From NCBI RefSeq assembly GCF_001194135.2, contig NC_068988.1, positions 54,177,981 through 54,229,215 on the forward strand: DNA of 51,235 bases, given 5' to 3'. The notes beneath the pieces were generated by a model. The model did not search any database. It was not told where the DNA came from and was given only the letters and a program-made list of their open reading frames with translations. How positions within the stretch are numbered: the stretch's first letter is position 1; each line of letters opens with the position of its first letter. Position numbers and translations under genes: made by a program. Source of the stretch: Octopus bimaculoides (Eukaryota). This document shows, piece by piece, positions 49,625-51,235 of this stretch.

Positions 49625-49975
49625 TCTGCTGGCAATAAGAGGCATCTCTCTTCATGTGATGGTAGATTGTATGACGTGTATGTATGCTGCATGGTAATGA
49701 GAAGAGGGTACTGAATGCAGAATATGTTTGAAGGCTGGATTGAAATGAAGCAAGAATGCTCTGCTGGATGCACAGTGAGTGAGAGTAAATCTGAATAAAA
49801 GAGGAATCAGACATAGCATGCAAGAGATATGACTGCTTTGGTACACTGATGTAATGTCTACGGATGATGACAAATGAGTAAAGAAGTGCCCCTGAAGATC
49901 TAACAGGAAAGGAAACATGGTAGAATTGAAACCAAGGAAGACATGGGCAGAATTGGTGACAGGTTGTTGAACCTC
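49625..49975 (+). mobile_element. RTE-clade LINE ORF2 3' relic
   Basis: Frameshift-tolerant reading resembles LATKGLSLRVKGRLYDACV...LHG.E.W...RRLERNEASMLRWM...PRKTW. Related to 24465-24795. Confidence 0.65.
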
Positions 49976-50062
49976 ACAAGGGAAACAACAAAGGAATGCA
50001 AAAACTGGTGAGACATTTTGTTGAGGAGGAGCCATTCTACCAATGCAATCATGGACATAATT

Positions 50063-50127
<65 letters not shown>

Positions 50128-50925
50128 TATTATTATTATTATTATAATAATGATAATAATAATAAAATCATGATGATGATCATTTCTACAATATGCACAA
50201 GGCCTGAAATTTGTGGGGAGGGGTTCAGTCAATCACATCAACCCCAGTACTTGACTGGTACTTAATTTATCGACCCTGAAAGGATGAAAAGCAAAGTTGA
50301 CCTTGGCTGAATTTCAACTCAGAACATAAAGATGGGTGAAATACTGCTAATAGGGGACGGGTAGGATTTTGAGGTTGATGCTTGGGTGTTGAGTATCTTT
50401 CATTTAACTTAACACATAAGTACCAAAGCTTATAATTTGTGGAAAGCGACCCCGTGAGATTTCTGACAACAGGTTGTTGTCTGCTCTCACAGAATCAACC
50501 AGAGCAAGACCAAGAGCTCTGAGAAGTAAAATAGCAACAACAACAACAATAACAATGATGATGATGATGAGAATGATGACGATGGCAATGACATATATGA
50601 GCAGTTATATATCTATGTCACTATATATCTATATGTATGTGTGTGTCTTTGGGTAAGGCATATTACATAATGCTTTAGTCAGCTTAACTGAAAATGAGAA
50701 CCAGCTAAATGGTGAGGCTACCTTCTCCTCCACTAATTGTTACATCCTCAATGTTCCACTGATGACAGACCTGAAAGGAAATCTATGTGTTTGATCATGA
50801 CCACCCAGGTACCAAAAGCAATTAGTGAAATCATGGTGTATGCTACTTAGTTAGTTCTCGTTTCCAAGTGATGGCAATAGATGGTCATATTTGTGTGTGT
50901 GTGTGCACGTGCACATACATGCATG

Positions 50926-50957
<32 letters not shown>

Positions 50958-51235
50958 CACTCATACACATACACATAAGCACACACTTATATGTATGAAA
51001 TGGAAGAAATGGCAATGGAACAGGAAATTAAGTAACAAACTTCAATTGCATAATTTCCTGTTCTTCTGTCATTCATTTAATTTCATATTATACTCTGTAC
51101 TCAAATAATGCTTTATTCTGAAGCATGAGAATATTGAGTTACTGAGTTGTAATACCAGGTTATTAGTATTGCTATACCAAAACAAAACAAAATATTGCAT
51201 ACATACATACATATACATATATATATATATATATA

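Overview
This is AT-rich eukaryotic (metazoan) DNA, almost entirely non-coding, from a gapped draft assembly with eight N-gaps. The microsatellite density and the recurring tRNA-headed and RTE-tailed SINE families resemble coleoid cephalopod (Octopus-like) intronic or intergenic DNA; that species assignment is an inference. No intact protein-coding ORF is present, and nearly all supplied ORFs are translations of microsatellites or gaps. Well-supported mobile elements: a full-length but dead 1286-bp mariner (DD34D, 25-bp TIRs, TA flanks), a hAT deletion derivative with an 8-bp TSD, a TTAA-flanked piggyBac-like MITE, a MITE with 103-bp TIRs, two R4/Dong-type non-LTR 3' fragments in (TAA)n tracts, Penelope-like RT and GIY-YIG relics, RTE LINE 3' relics and about five interspersed SINE-like families. 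A few short open segments bounded by splice sites may be exons of an unidentified host gene; one has three-finger/Ly6-like cysteine spacing and lies in a 340-bp local duplication. The most unusual direct observation is a perfect 136-bp inverted copy 2.2 kb from its template. I found no convincing evidence of a new multi-gene biological system.
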